Counted from the stretch's first letter, positions 8,111 through 18,835 are shown. The stretch is DNA of 64,000 nt from Candidatus Eiseniibacteriota bacterium (GCA_050733935.1 JBOHUC010000176.1:1869-65868), one strand, 5' to 3'. A program made the numbers and translations. The notes: a model not told the origin generated them from the letters alone.

Positions 8111-10447
8111 TCAGTCGAGGCGTACCAGGCGCTGACTCCACTCGCGCCCCTCGGCGCGCAGAAGCGCGAAGTACAAGCCGGGTGCGGCCTTCATTCCGTC
8201 GGTGCGTCGGCCGTCCCAGCGCAGCTCGGTCGCTCCCGGCGGATACACGCCGCGCGCGAGCTCTGCGACCCGTCGGCCCTGCACATCGAACACGACGACC
8301 TCGGCCTCACCGCCCTGCGCGAGCGAGAATCCAAGCGTCATCGATCCGCCGGATGGATTGGGACGCGGGGATCGTAGTCCCGTAACGAACGGACCATCCC
8401 CCACGGCGACCGTCGCGGAAACGATGAACCGGTCGCTCACCGCGAGCACCCCGTCGACGTCGCCACCCGCCTTGATCGCCTCCACCTCGACCACGGCAAC
8501 GCGTGCGTTGTCGGTGGGTTCGCCGGGTACCGTCCAATCGATGGAGCCCGTGTTGGGCGCTTCCGTCACCTGGGTAGTCCACGTTGCCCCGCCATCGGGC
8601 GAGTAGATCATGGTCACCTCGTGTGCCTCGGTCGATGTGACCTCGTAGGTGACCGTGAAGCTCCCGCCTGGGGCGACCACCTGGTCGACGGTGGGGCTCA
8701 GAACACGTCCGCCTCGAATCCGAACCGTGTCGTTTCCTTCGAGCCCCGCGGCGTCCCCGAGGAGACCGGTGACCTTGACCTCGACGTTCTCGCCCAGCGG
8801 CAGGGCGAGCTCGAGTGCGCTCCGCGAGAAGTACACCTTGAGATCCGGGATGCCATCGTTGTCCTGATCACCCACCACGACGGGGGGGCCCGTGAGATCC
8901 ACGGGGACGACGTTGTTGATCCGGATGCTCTCGAGGTCGATGTCGTCCGTGGTGAAGGGCGGCGCGGGCTCGAGGAACCCGTGGACCCGCTTGGGCCCGC
9001 CCTGCGAGCCCAGCATGATGGTCTCGGGCTTCAAGTCGAAATCGATCGGAACGACCCGAGCGAGCTTGTACACGATTCCACCCGTTCCGTTCGACGGAGT
9101 GTTCGTCACCATCGCGTACAGCTCTCCGGGGCCATCCTCGCCGAATCCGTGCACGGTGAGCTGGTTGGGCAGCTTGTCGTCCACAAGGAGCGGAAGCCGG
9201 AACTCGAGAATCTCACCGGTCGCGAGATCCGCGTAGAAGAGGCGGCCATCGATGCGCGGGCCGCCCCGGATCGCGAGGTCGCCGAACACGTACTTGCCGA
9301 CCAGCTCCGGGATGGCGGTTCCGCGGTAAACGAATCCGCCGGTGATCGAGATGCCGTCGCTGTGGTCGTATTCGAGCGTGCCCTCTGGTCCGGAGAGAGG
9401 ATCGATCAGGCCCACGGGCGCGCCGGGGCTACGGGCTCCGATGGTTCCGTCCGGGCGGTTGAACAGGAAGTCGCCCTCCTTGACCGCCCATCCGTAGTTT
9501 CCTCCAAGTTCGATTCGATTGATCTCCTCGATGTTGTTCTGACCCACATCGGCCAGGATCAGCTCGCCGTTCGCACGGTCGAAGGCGAACCGATAGGGAT
9601 TGCGCAAACCGTACGCGTAGATCTCGGGAACTTGCCCGACGCCCTGAAAGGGATTCGTCGCCGGGATCCGATACTCCCCATTGGCGCTCACGGCGTCGCC
9701 GCTCCCGGGCGTGAGCGAAGGATCGGTCGGGTCGAAACGCAGCATCTTGCCCAGGGGAGTGCTGAGGTTCTGAGCATTGCCGCCCGGCTCGATGTGGCTC
9801 GGCCCCGCGTCGTTGGCGTTGCCTCCATCGCCGACGGCCAGGTACATGTAGCCATCGGGGCCGAATGCCAGCGTGCCGCCGTTGTGATTGCCGGCATTCT
9901 TGCCGAACGAGATGACCTCCCGCCGCGTCGTCGGGTCCACGAGGTTGGGATCCATCTCGCTCATCCGGTACTCGTTGACGACCAGCTTGTAGTTTTGAGT
10001 CGCGTTGTTGGGCGCCGGATAGGTGGGCGACGTTTCCGGCGGGATCGGCTCCCCGCTGTAGGTGTAGAGGGTCCGATGGCCCACGTGGCTCGGATCGTTG
10101 AACCCCGGGCTGAACGCGAGGCCGAGGAGCCCACGCTCGTCGTTTGCGTTGCCGGGATTCAAGGGCGGAGCGACGCGGCTCTGCACGTCGAGAGCGGGCG
10201 TCGGCAGCAGCACGCCGTTCTCAACGATCAACAGCAGTCCCCTCTGCTCCACGACAAAGAGCCGGCTCATGTCACCCGGCGGGCTGATGCCGTAGTCCGG
10301 AGCCGAGATTCCGGTCACGATCGGCTTGAGGTGCAGCGCGATGTCACCTCGTTGAATGTCGGGCAGAGGACCCACCTGCTGAGCCGCGGTGGGTGAAGCC
10401 AGAACCAGCGCCACGAGGCTGGCGAGTTGAACGAATTTCAACCTCAT
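8111..10447 (-). CDS. PQQ-dependent sugar dehydrogenase (soluble glucose/sorbosone dehydrogenase family) with C-terminal Ig-like extension and FlgD-Ig/T9SS-type domain
   Basis: AAGGAGG RBS before the ATG at 10447 and a signal peptide. Motifs ERGLLGLAFSPGF, HNGGTLAFGPDGYMYLAVGDGG, GLRNPYRFAFD, DVGQNNIEEIN and GGNYGWAVKEG. The shared C-terminal domain is at the end. Confidence 0.85.
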   Translation of the reverse strand: MRLKFVQLASLVALVLASPTAAQQVGPLPDIQRGDIALHLKPIVTGISAPDYGISPPGDMSRLFVVEQRGLLLIVENGVLLPTPALDVQSRVAPPLNPGNANDERGLLGLAFSPGFNDPSHVGHRTLYTYSGEPIPPETSPTYPAPNNATQNYKLVVNEYRMSEMDPNLVDPTTRREVISFGKNAGNHNGGTLAFGPDGYMYLAVGDGGNANDAGPSHIEPGGNAQNLSTPLGKMLRFDPTDPSLTPGSGDAVSANGEYRIPATNPFQGVGQVPEIYAYGLRNPYRFAFDRANGELILADVGQNNIEEINRIELGGNYGWAVKEGDFLFNRPDGTIGARSPGAPVGLIDPLSGPEGTLEYDHSDGISITGGFVYRGTAIPELVGKYVFGDLAIRGGPRIDGRLFYADLATGEILEFRLPLLVDDKLPNQLTVHGFGEDGPGELYAMVTNTPSNGTGGIVYKLARVVPIDFDLKPETIMLGSQGGPKRVHGFLEPAPPFTTDDIDLESIRINNVVPVDLTGPPVVVGDQDNDGIPDLKVYFSRSALELALPLGENVEVKVTGLLGDAAGLEGNDTVRIRGGRVLSPTVDQVVAPGGSFTVTYEVTSTEAHEVTMIYSPDGGATWTTQVTEAPNTGSIDWTVPGEPTDNARVAVVEVEAIKAGGDVDGVLAVSDRFIVSATVAVGDGPFVTGLRSPRPNPSGGSMTLGFSLAQGGEAEVVVFDVQGRRVAELARGVYPPGATELRWDGRRTDGMKAAPGLYFALLRAEGREWSQRLVRLD

Positions 10448-10681
10448 GGGGAAACCTCCTTGCATGATGAAGCTCCTGGGCGGCCAGGTTCGGCCGCCGC
10501 GACCCTCCCCAATCGGCGGAAGTCACGTCCTGATCGTTCTTTCTCCTTTCGCGCGGGGGACAAGAACTCGAGCCGTTCAAAGTAGGACCACTAAGACGGG
10601 GCACTACTTGGTCTCTCCGAGAGCCGATTGGTTACACCTCTTCGCTCGCCTCCGGCTCATGTTCCTTCTTGAATCACAGGG

Positions 10682-11596
10682 GTGCCCGCTCGCGGTGCTA
10701 CACTTCCTCCCCGCGGAATGAGGGGGCATGAACAGCGAGCGATTCATCGAGCGCAGGTCCCTTTGAAGGTCGAAGGAATCTGGCGCTATCCGGTCAAGAG
10801 CATGGCGGGCGAGGCGCTCTCGTCCGCCATCGTCGGCTTGCGCGGCATTCCGGGTGACCGGGGATGGGCCGTATTCGACGAAGAGCGCGGCGGAGTGACG
10901 GGTGCGAAACGCATCCCCAAGTTGCGCGCCGGCAAGCCGCGTTACCTGCGCGAACCGATTGACGGCGAGCCTTCGCCACCGGTCGAGATCGCCCTGCCGA
11001 ACGGAGTGACCGTGCGCAGCGACGATGCCTCGGCCGGATTGAGCGCGTGGCTCGGCAAGCCCGTCTCGCTGGTCGGCCTCGACGGATCGGACGTCGCCGC
11101 ACCGCGACTCACCCTGCACGAGGAGTCCGCGGAATTCGTGCGTGTCGCGATGGGCCTGGTCGAAGGAGAACCCGAGGCCGACCTTTCCGCTCTGCCGCCG
11201 GAACGGCTTCAGGCGTTGAGGCGAGGCAACTTCTTCGACGCGCTTCCCATTCATCTGATCACACGAAAGACCCTTCGCACGCTCGAGCGGATCGCACCTG
11301 ACGTCGTGTGGGACGCGCGGCGTTTCCGCATGAACATCCTGGTCGAGGGCGACATTGCCGGCGACTTTCCGGAGCTGTCCTGGGTCGGGAGGAAGGTGCG
11401 GGTCGGCGGGTCGGTGCTCGACATCGATACCGAATGCCCGCGCTGCTCAATGGCCACGCAGGCCGTCGACGAGGTGCCACACGATCCGCGCGTCATGCGG
11501 ACACTCGTGAGGGAGATCCATCACTCGGCGGGAGTCTACGCAGCGATCCACACGCCGGGGACATTCCGGGTCGGCGACGGAGTGGAGATCCTGTAA
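10682..11596 (+). CDS. MOSC domain-containing protein
   Basis: MOSC N-terminal beta-barrel signature KVEGIWRYPVKSMAGEAL and a later conserved Cys (DTECPRCSM). The true start is probably internal (ATG at 10718, or the TTG just before KVEGIW). Confidence 0.75.
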   Translation: MPARGATLPPRGMRGHEQRAIHRAQVPLKVEGIWRYPVKSMAGEALSSAIVGLRGIPGDRGWAVFDEERGGVTGAKRIPKLRAGKPRYLREPIDGEPSPPVEIALPNGVTVRSDDASAGLSAWLGKPVSLVGLDGSDVAAPRLTLHEESAEFVRVAMGLVEGEPEADLSALPPERLQALRRGNFFDALPIHLITRKTLRTLERIAPDVVWDARRFRMNILVEGDIAGDFPELSWVGRKVRVGGSVLDIDTECPRCSMATQAVDEVPHDPRVMRTLVREIHHSAGVYAAIHTPGTFRVGDGVEIL

Positions 11597-11605
11597 ACCG
11601 CGGGT

Positions 11606-13822
11606 CTACCTCAGCAGACTCAGCTTGCGCGTGAAGCTCACGCCATCCGCCTCGAGACGGCAAATGTAGATGCCGGACGCTGCGAGCGATCCGCCTTCGT
11701 CGCGTCCGTCCCAGGTCGCACGGCGCTGGCCCGCTTCTTCGACACCACTCACGAGCGTGCGCACCGCGCGGCCCGTGACGTCGTAGATCACGAGGCGAAC
11801 GGTCGCCGCACGCGGCAGCGAGTACTGGATCGTCGTCTCCCCGCGGAACGGGTTCGGATGGTTCGCCTGCAGGATGACTCCCGTTCCCACGTTCGGATCG
11901 TCCCCCACAGCGACCGGCCCGCCGATCATCTCGGAGAGCGGCCGCGTCCAGACGCCGAAGCCGTTCGTCCCGGCGATGAGCGTCGCTCCATCCGCGCTCA
12001 CGGCGAGGGACGCCACGCCGGTCGTGAGCCCCGTCCCGACGAACGTCCAGCTGTTCCCGTTGTCAGAGGAAAGAAAGACGCCTGCGGCACCCGCGGCGAA
12101 GAGGTTCATGCCATCCGGGCTCAAAAGCTCCACGATCCTGATATCGGTCAGACCGTTGTTGACCGGATCCCAGCTCGCGCCGTTGTTCGTCGAGCGGGAC
12201 ACGCCGAACGCGTACCCCGCAGCGAACACGTTCGTGCCTCCTGTCGTCGACGCGAGCGCCTGGACGATCTGTCCCTCGAGATTTCCTCCGGCCCACGTCC
12301 ACTCCGTGCCGCCGTTCGTCGATCGCCACACTCCGCCGAAGCCCGCGGCGAAGATGTTGTGGCCGCCCGCGCCATCGGGCGTCACCGCGTAGTCGAGGTT
12401 CAGCGTCTTGAGATTCGCTGGCATCCAGTGGCCACCGTCATTGGTCGAGATGAAGAGCTCGCTGTAAGTCCCCGCAAGGATGTTCGTACCTCCCGAACCG
12501 TTCGGGACCGCGGCAACCGAGTTCACGTCGACGTCGTCGAGCCCGTTGCTCGACCCGAACCAGGTGGCCCCGTCGTCCGTCGACTTGATGACGCCGGTCG
12601 GACTCCCGCCGGCGAAGATGCTTACGCCGGACGCTCCCTGAAGATTCGTCGCGAAATCGAGCGCGCTTCCGACCGTGCTTCCGTTCGTGTCGATCCATGT
12701 CACGCCTGAGTTCGTCGATCGATACATGTCGACCTCGGTGCCCGCGAGAATGGCACCGCTCGGCGTCACTTCGAGCGCCCGCGGGTGCGAATAGATGAAG
12801 CTTACGTTGGTCCAGGAGTCCCCGTTGTCCGTGCTACGGAAGATTCCGTCCCCGGTTCCCGCATAGAGGTCGGTCCCGCCCGAGGGATTCGGCACGGTCG
12901 TCAGGGCCCAGACGAGCAGGCTCGTCAGGCCGTTGCTGGCCGCTGTCCAGCTCGCCCCGTTGTTGGTCGATCGCAGGACGCCTCCTGCGCCCGCGAACAG
13001 CGTCACGCCGCCACCGTTCGGAATCGCGGCCATCGAGTAGATCCACGTGAAGTTGAGACCCGTGTTGATCGGAGTCCAGGTCGCGCCGTCGTTGGTCGAC
13101 TGGTAGACGCCATTCCCCGTTCCGGCATAGAGCGTCGTGCCGTTCTTTGCGAACGAGAGCCCGTGGAGCGTGAACACACGCGTCCAGTTTGCGCCGAAGT
13201 TGGTCGAGCGGTAGATGCCGTTCCCGGTTCCCGCGAGAACCGTTCCGGTGGGCGAGGTGATGAGGGCGAACACGTGGGCCTGGCCGAGCGGCAGACCGTT
13301 GTTGATCGCGGTCCAGGTCACGCCATTGTCGGTCGAGCGATAAGCGTCGCCCAGGTAAGTGCCGGCATACAGATTCGTGCCGCCCGAACCGTTGGGACCC
13401 GAGGTCATGGCATAGATCGAGAGATTTGCCGGAATCCCGCTGCTGCTCGCGTTCCAGCTTGCGCCTTCATCCGCCGACCGAAAGACGCCGTTTGCGGTTC
13501 CGAGAAAAAGGTCGTTGCCGCCCGATCCGTCCGGCAGGGCAACGAGGGCGAAGGCGTTCGGGTCCGTCAGGCCGTTCGTGAAGTGCGTCCAGTTGGCGCC
13601 GCTGTCGTCGGTGCGCCAGACACGGATCTGGCCCACGTAGAGGCTCGTGCCTCCCGATTCGTTGGGGACCGAGGCGAACGACCGAATGGCGCCGCCTCGG
13701 GGGCCGCTCGTCTGAGTCCAATCGGCGCGGGCTGCGGTTGCCGGCAGGCTCACGAGCGCGCCGGCGATCAGCGCGGGCACGGCCAGGCCGCGAAACGTCC
13801 GTGGCACGTTCATGGCGGGCAC
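11606..13822 (-). CDS. secreted BNR/Asp-box repeat beta-propeller protein with FlgD-Ig/T9SS-type C-terminal domain
   Basis: Signal peptide, then at least 13 S-x-D-x-G-x-x-W repeats (RTDDSGANW, RSADEGASW, RSTDNGVTW, QSTNDGATW and others). The shared C-terminal domain is at the end. Confidence 0.85.
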   Translation of the reverse strand: MPAMNVPRTFRGLAVPALIAGALVSLPATAARADWTQTSGPRGGAIRSFASVPNESGGTSLYVGQIRVWRTDDSGANWTHFTNGLTDPNAFALVALPDGSGGNDLFLGTANGVFRSADEGASWNASSSGIPANLSIYAMTSGPNGSGGTNLYAGTYLGDAYRSTDNGVTWTAINNGLPLGQAHVFALITSPTGTVLAGTGNGIYRSTNFGANWTRVFTLHGLSFAKNGTTLYAGTGNGVYQSTNDGATWTPINTGLNFTWIYSMAAIPNGGGVTLFAGAGGVLRSTNNGASWTAASNGLTSLLVWALTTVPNPSGGTDLYAGTGDGIFRSTDNGDSWTNVSFIYSHPRALEVTPSGAILAGTEVDMYRSTNSGVTWIDTNGSTVGSALDFATNLQGASGVSIFAGGSPTGVIKSTDDGATWFGSSNGLDDVDVNSVAAVPNGSGGTNILAGTYSELFISTNDGGHWMPANLKTLNLDYAVTPDGAGGHNIFAAGFGGVWRSTNGGTEWTWAGGNLEGQIVQALASTTGGTNVFAAGYAFGVSRSTNNGASWDPVNNGLTDIRIVELLSPDGMNLFAAGAAGVFLSSDNGNSWTFVGTGLTTGVASLAVSADGATLIAGTNGFGVWTRPLSEMIGGPVAVGDDPNVGTGVILQANHPNPFRGETTIQYSLPRAATVRLVIYDVTGRAVRTLVSGVEEAGQRRATWDGRDEGGSLAASGIYICRLEADGVSFTRKLSLLR

Positions 13823-14051
13823 TCCTTCCTTGTGGCGAGGCGTGTTGTCGGCGGACCGGCCGGGTCAGGGTCCCTTCCCTAATCCCCTTAGTCCCTCTGG
13901 AAGTCGCCGCGTTACAAGAGGTCCACAGGGCCGCCCGGACGTTTCAGAATGCGCTCACGCTCACAGGGCGCACGCGGGCGGTCACGTTTGGTACCCTCCG
14001 CTCCATCGGACCTGAACCGACGATCTGTCCCACGACTTCGCGAGGACTCCC

Positions 14052-14627
14052 ATGGCCGAAACACTTTCGACGATGCTGCCGCTCGGCACCCCCCTGCCCT
14101 CGTTCTCGCTCCCGGACGCCGTGTCGGGCAAACCGGTCACCTCGACCGCAGCCCGAGGCTCGAAGGGCACGCTCGTGATGTTCCTCTGCAACCACTGCCC
14201 GTTCGTCCAGCACGTGATGCCCGAGCTCGGCCGCCTCGGGCGCGACTACGCACCCAAAGGCATCGCGATTCTTGCGATCAATTCGAACGATCTGGTCGCG
14301 TATCCGCAGGATGGCCCCCCGCACATGAAGGAGCTTGCGACGTCGGAGGACTGGACGTTCCCGTTCCTCATGGACGAGTCACAGGCGGTCGCGCGGGAAT
14401 TCCAGGCCGCGTGCACGCCCGACTTCTTCCTGTTCGACGGAGCGGGCAAGCTTGCCTATCGCGGTCGTCTGGACGAAACGCGACCCAAGTCCGGCGCGGC
14501 ACCGCACGGAAGCGACTTGAGGGCCGCCCTCGATGCGGTCGTCGCCGGCGGCGCTCCCGCCACCGAGCAGAAACCGAGCGTGGGCTGCAACATCAAGTGG
14601 AAGGAGTTGTCGCCGAAGTCGGCCTAA
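14052..14627 (+). CDS. thioredoxin-fold thiol-disulfide oxidoreductase (AhpC/TSA-redoxin-like)
   Basis: GTLVMFLCNHCPFVQHV redox motif. Length and pattern are typical of thioredoxin family proteins. Confidence 0.8.
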   Translation: MAETLSTMLPLGTPLPSFSLPDAVSGKPVTSTAARGSKGTLVMFLCNHCPFVQHVMPELGRLGRDYAPKGIAILAINSNDLVAYPQDGPPHMKELATSEDWTFPFLMDESQAVAREFQAACTPDFFLFDGAGKLAYRGRLDETRPKSGAAPHGSDLRAALDAVVAGGAPATEQKPSVGCNIKWKELSPKSA

Positions 14628-17101
14628 GGGAGCAGGACGAATCGCCGCGCGACGCGACTCGTGCCGGCGCGCAGCTCGCACCAGTAGAGGCCCGCGGGAG
14701 CCGCAGTCCCCAGGTTCGTCCGGCCGTTCCAGCTCACGCGATGCGGGCCGGGCTCGAGCTCCGTCTCGAGCGGCGTTGCCACCTTTCGACCCGTGACATC
14801 GTAGATCGAAAGCGTCACCCTCCCGGCGCGCGGCAACGCAAACGCCACTTCGAGGGCACCACGTGTCGGATTGGGATACGGCGGCGCGAGCTCGAGTGCA
14901 CCCGCTCCCGGCGCTAGGACTCCGACCAGCGGGACCGCGGTGTTGAGGAGCACGGTGACCGTGCCGCCATTGCCGTTTGCGACCGCAAGGTCCGGACGAT
15001 CGTCCCCGTCGAAGTCGGCCGCGGCGATCGCAACGGGCTGAAGATCGGTGCCGTAGTCCCGCTTCGCCTCGAACGTCCCGTCGCCGATGCCCCGCAGGAC
15101 CGACACGGTCGCCGGCTGCGCGTTCGCAGAGGCGAGATCCGGAATCCCGTCGCCGTCGAAATCGGCGATCGCGACCCTCCGGCACTCGAGGCCCGTCGGC
15201 CAGTTCATAGCCGGCTCGAAGCTGCCATTGCCCTGCCCGAGAAATACGGAAACCCATCCCGCGTGGTTGGCGACGGCGACGTCGGGCCACTCGTCTTCGT
15301 CGAGGTTTGCGACGGCGACTCCGAAGGCATTCCCACCGGTCGTGTAGCTCACGGCACCGTCGAACGTGCCGTCCCCGTGGCCCAGCAGAACCGAGAGCCC
15401 GTTGGTCGAGTTGTTGGCGACGACGAGGTCGGATTTCCCGTCGTTATTGAGATCGGCGATCGCGACGTCCATCGGAGTGAAACCGGCCGCGAACGCCCCC
15501 GGCGGCCCGAACGTTCCATTTCCGGCGCCGAGGAGCACAGAAGCCGTACTCGCGTTCACGTTCACCACCACCACGTCGGGATGAGTGTCGCCATTGAGAA
15601 TCCCGACGGCAACCGCAAGCGGATTGACGCCGGCCGCGAAGTCGGTACGCGGACCGAACGTTCCGTTCCCGATGCCGAGCAGCACGGAGACCGTGTGGCC
15701 GCCATCGTTCGCGACCACGACGTCGAGGTTCCCGTCGTGATTCACGTCGGCAAGCTCTCCGTCGATTGGCCAGGAGCCGGTCGGCCAGGGCTCGCGCGTG
15801 GGAAACGTCCCGTTCCCCGTGCCGCGCAGGATCGAGATCGTGTTAGGCGTGGGGCCGAAGTTCACGATCCCGAGATCGAGCCTCTCATCGTGATTCACGT
15901 CCCCCACCGAGACTGAGAACGGCGAGCTCCCTGCGTCGTACTTGGTCTCGTGCCCGAAGGTACCGTCGCCGTTTCCCCACAGCACCGAAACGCTACCGCC
16001 GTTGTATGCGGTCACGGCGAGGTCGAGATCCCCGTCGGAATCGAGGTCGCCCGTCGCCACGTCGAACGGTGCGCTGCCCACGTCGAGCTCGCTCGCCGCT
16101 CCGAACGTGCCGTTCCCGTTGCCCAGGCGCACCGCAACATTGCTGAACTGTCCGAGTGTGACCGCGAGATCGAGGCGCCCGTCGTCGTTGAAATCACCGA
16201 GCGCGACCGCATTGGGGTAGTTCGGCGCCGGCAGGTCGGTGCGAGGGGCGAACGATCCGTTGCCCAGCCCGAGCAGCACGGACACCGAGTGACCGGCGTT
16301 GTTCACGACCACGAGATCGAGGTGCGCGTCGGCGTCGAGGAGACCGATCGCGACCTCGCGTGGATAGAGGCCCGTGGCGAACGTCGTGTGAGGCGCGAAC
16401 GTTCCGTCCCCGTTTCCGAGGAGCACCGAGACCGAGTTCGAGAGCGAGGTCGCAACGATCAGATCTTCGTGATCGTCGTGATTCAGGTCGCCGGCGACGA
16501 TGCCGTACGGAAACACTCCCGTCGGATAGTCGACTTTGGGGCCGAACGTGGCGTCCCCGTTCCCGAGCAGGATGGAGACTGTGTTGCTGCTGTCATTCGT
16601 GACCGCGAGATCGAGCGCTTCGTCTTCGTTGAAGTCGCGGATCACGACCGCAGCCGGCCGTGGCCCCGTCTTATAGTCGACGCGTGCGGCAAACGCGCCG
16701 CCGCCGAGGCCGCGCAGTACGGAGACGTTCTTGCTGCTGTCGTTGACGGCGACGAGGTCGGGAATGTCATCCCCGTCGAGATCGGCGATCTCGACGCAGA
16801 ACGGGCGGATGCCCGTGGCGAGAGGCTCGGGAAATTCGAACGTCGGCCCCGGGGCACCGCGCACGACGGAGACCGTGTGTGACCATTCGTTTGCGACCGC
16901 GAGGTCGGGACGAGTGTCGCCGTCCAGATCCCCGATCGTGACCTGGATCGCGGAACCACCCGCCGGGAACGAATAGAAACCCGCCGCGAACTCGGGCCCG
17001 GATCCGTAGGCAGGTCCGGCAAGGATCACGGCGAGGACGAGCGCCACGCAACCGAACAGTCCCTGGCAGGCGGGACGCACGGGCTCCGGTCGAAGATCCA
17101 T
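14624..17101 (-). CDS. secreted FG-GAP/VCBS repeat protein with FlgD-Ig/T9SS-type C-terminal domain
   Basis: GGGAGG RBS before the ATG at 17101 and a signal peptide. About 11 repeats of GDLDGD..PDLAVAN...VSVLLGNGDGTF. The shared C-terminal domain is at the end. The longer ORF upstream overlaps the preceding gene and is rejected. Confidence 0.85.
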   Translation of the reverse strand: MDLRPEPVRPACQGLFGCVALVLAVILAGPAYGSGPEFAAGFYSFPAGGSAIQVTIGDLDGDTRPDLAVANEWSHTVSVVRGAPGPTFEFPEPLATGIRPFCVEIADLDGDDIPDLVAVNDSSKNVSVLRGLGGGAFAARVDYKTGPRPAAVVIRDFNEDEALDLAVTNDSSNTVSILLGNGDATFGPKVDYPTGVFPYGIVAGDLNHDDHEDLIVATSLSNSVSVLLGNGDGTFAPHTTFATGLYPREVAIGLLDADAHLDLVVVNNAGHSVSVLLGLGNGSFAPRTDLPAPNYPNAVALGDFNDDGRLDLAVTLGQFSNVAVRLGNGNGTFGAASELDVGSAPFDVATGDLDSDGDLDLAVTAYNGGSVSVLWGNGDGTFGHETKYDAGSSPFSVSVGDVNHDERLDLGIVNFGPTPNTISILRGTGNGTFPTREPWPTGSWPIDGELADVNHDGNLDVVVANDGGHTVSVLLGIGNGTFGPRTDFAAGVNPLAVAVGILNGDTHPDVVVVNVNASTASVLLGAGNGTFGPPGAFAAGFTPMDVAIADLNNDGKSDLVVANNSTNGLSVLLGHGDGTFDGAVSYTTGGNAFGVAVANLDEDEWPDVAVANHAGWVSVFLGQGNGSFEPAMNWPTGLECRRVAIADFDGDGIPDLASANAQPATVSVLRGIGDGTFEAKRDYGTDLQPVAIAAADFDGDDRPDLAVANGNGGTVTVLLNTAVPLVGVLAPGAGALELAPPYPNPTRGALEVAFALPRAGRVTLSIYDVTGRKVATPLETELEPGPHRVSWNGRTNLGTAAPAGLYWCELRAGTSRVARRFVLLP

Positions 17102-17112
17102 GAGACGCCTCC

Positions 17113-18735
17113 CTAACGAAAGACGATGGCCCGTCCGGTTCGAGGCGTGCCCCCGTCCCGCAGCGATACGAGGTAGATACCGGCAGAAAGCCCGCCCACG
17201 GGAATCGAGATCGTGCTTCGACCCGCCACGTCGCTTCGATGCACGACGCGCCCGCGCACGTCGAGCAGATCGAGCGAGGCACCCGACGATGCCGGTGACG
17301 CGAACGCGACGTGCAGCATTTCGCTCGCAGGATTGGGAGCAATGCTGAGGGAGAGGCTCGCGGCAGGTCCCGTTGGGACATCCACCGAGGCCGCCGGACC
17401 GATCGCCTTCGCGTAGAGGTCGCGATTGATCGCGCCGGCACGGTCGTCGTGCCAGACCACGAATGCGCCGTCGTTGGCGGCCGGCAGAAGCCGCGCAGTC
17501 GACTGACCGCCCGCGGCTCGCGTCACGGGCGTGCCGGCGAGCGACCAACCTGGAGCGATCGTGCCGTCCGTCAGGATACGCGTCGCCTGAAGATCCGCTT
17601 CGGTCCCATCTCCCGGGACGATCCAGCACGCGATGACCGCGTCGCCCGAGGCCATGATTGCAGCTCCCGGCGGAGCAGTGGGCCCGCGGAGAAGGATGCC
17701 CGCCACTGGCCACTCCGCCGGAATCGATCCATCGGAGGCGCGCCGGTGCAGCTCGATGCGATCCGAACCGTCGGGTGCACCGACGAGGTAGACCCCGGAA
17801 GGCCCTCCGTTCGCGAGCGCTTCCGTGACGGGCACGGGTGTCGGCTGCGGCCAGAGCAGGGATCCGCCCGCCGCGACGTGCTGGCCATTCCAGAACGGGA
17901 CCGCGGACATGTCCACGCCGCGATAGACCGTGTACAGGCCGCCTGCACCGTCGGGCGTGGCGACCGCGCCAAAAACTCGAAAACCCTGCGGGGTGTGGAA
18001 CGTGGTGATCGCGGCGTTGTCTGCGATTCGGCCCACCCGCGCGTAGTACTGATCGACGGGCCCGTTGAAGTAGAGGGTGGTGCTGAAGACGACGCCGCCG
18101 CTCGGATCCGCCTCGATGCGGTAGCTCGTCACCTGGTTGTCGCCGCCGATTCCAACACCGGCCTCCGAGAAGGCGAACAATCCGTCCGCCGTGATCCGCG
18201 TGACGGTGGCGGAAATCAGCTCAGGGTTCATCGGGGCCCGGATCCGGGCGACGTACGCGCCCCCCGATCCGTCCGGCGCCACGGACAGCGACGTGTTGTA
18301 GAGGTCGGTCGTGAGGAGTTTGCCGGCAGCGGGCCAGGAGGCGTGCACGATCCCGGTCGCATCGATCCGTTGCGCGCGGAGCGATGTCGGGGCGCTGTCG
18401 GTCCAGAGAACAAGCGCACCTCCAGTGCCGTCGCGCACAACGAAAACCTGGCCGACAGTCCCCGTCTCCGAAATCGCAAGCCCGTTCGCGGGCCATCCCG
18501 GGGCGACGGAGCCGTCCGGTCCGAGATGCTGCAGGTAGCCATCGTTGGCCGACCGTCGCTGGTCGACCCAGCTCACGTAGAAACCACCGACATCATCGGG
18601 CGCGAGGGAGGGAAGTTGCTGCACCTTCGCGGCGGCCGTGACCGGGACTCCATTGGGATCCCAGGCGGACGCGTGTGGGGGCACGAGAAGAATCGCGATC
18701 GAAGCGAGCAGGACGAATACGCGGGGAGGAGACAT
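17113..18735 (-). CDS. secreted repeat protein of unknown function with FlgD-Ig/T9SS-type C-terminal domain
   Basis: Signal peptide (VFVLLASIAILLVPPHASA). Degenerate repeats of the form W.D.R...D.Y.Q....G...W...G. Its stop lies 11 nt upstream of the FG-GAP gene's ATG at 17101, so the two probably form an operon. Confidence 0.7.
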   Translation of the reverse strand: MSPPRVFVLLASIAILLVPPHASAWDPNGVPVTAAAKVQQLPSLAPDDVGGFYVSWVDQRRSANDGYLQHLGPDGSVAPGWPANGLAISETGTVGQVFVVRDGTGGALVLWTDSAPTSLRAQRIDATGIVHASWPAAGKLLTTDLYNTSLSVAPDGSGGAYVARIRAPMNPELISATVTRITADGLFAFSEAGVGIGGDNQVTSYRIEADPSGGVVFSTTLYFNGPVDQYYARVGRIADNAAITTFHTPQGFRVFGAVATPDGAGGLYTVYRGVDMSAVPFWNGQHVAAGGSLLWPQPTPVPVTEALANGGPSGVYLVGAPDGSDRIELHRRASDGSIPAEWPVAGILLRGPTAPPGAAIMASGDAVIACWIVPGDGTEADLQATRILTDGTIAPGWSLAGTPVTRAAGGQSTARLLPAANDGAFVVWHDDRAGAINRDLYAKAIGPAASVDVPTGPAASLSLSIAPNPASEMLHVAFASPASSGASLDLLDVRGRVVHRSDVAGRSTISIPVGGLSAGIYLVSLRDGGTPRTGRAIVFR

Positions 18736-18835
18736 GGGGGGCCTCGTGAGAAATGGGTCGGGGCCAATTCGCTCGGCGAGCGCTCGTAAGCGTACGCCTC
18801 ACCCCCTTTCGTGACCAGCCCCCCGTCTGGCGCGC

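Noticed and set aside
8621-10396. 591-aa plus-strand ORF antisense to the PQQ dehydrogenase gene. Similar long antisense ORFs are at 18881-20740, 25696-26679, 26725-29043, 34921-37854, 38724-40532 and 49727-51943.
   Set aside because: The opposite strand carries unambiguous family motifs in each case (GSDH, adhesin repeats, the M56 HExxH, the YkuD HGC and the LigD KxDG). The antisense translations are Arg/Gly/Asp-rich with no motifs, as expected from stop-codon depletion in GC-rich DNA.
10506-10631. Short matches to the hairpin arm of the 63-bp repeat: CCAATCGGC near 10510 and its complement GCCGATTGG near 10623. CCAATCGGCG also occurs at 13718-13727 and 40874-40883.
   Set aside because: The matches are only 9-10 nt. 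The two coding-region hits simply encode Ala-Asp-Trp (GCC GAT TGG) in this codon-biased genome. The intergenic pair lacks the rest of the repeat, so I do not count these as additional copies.
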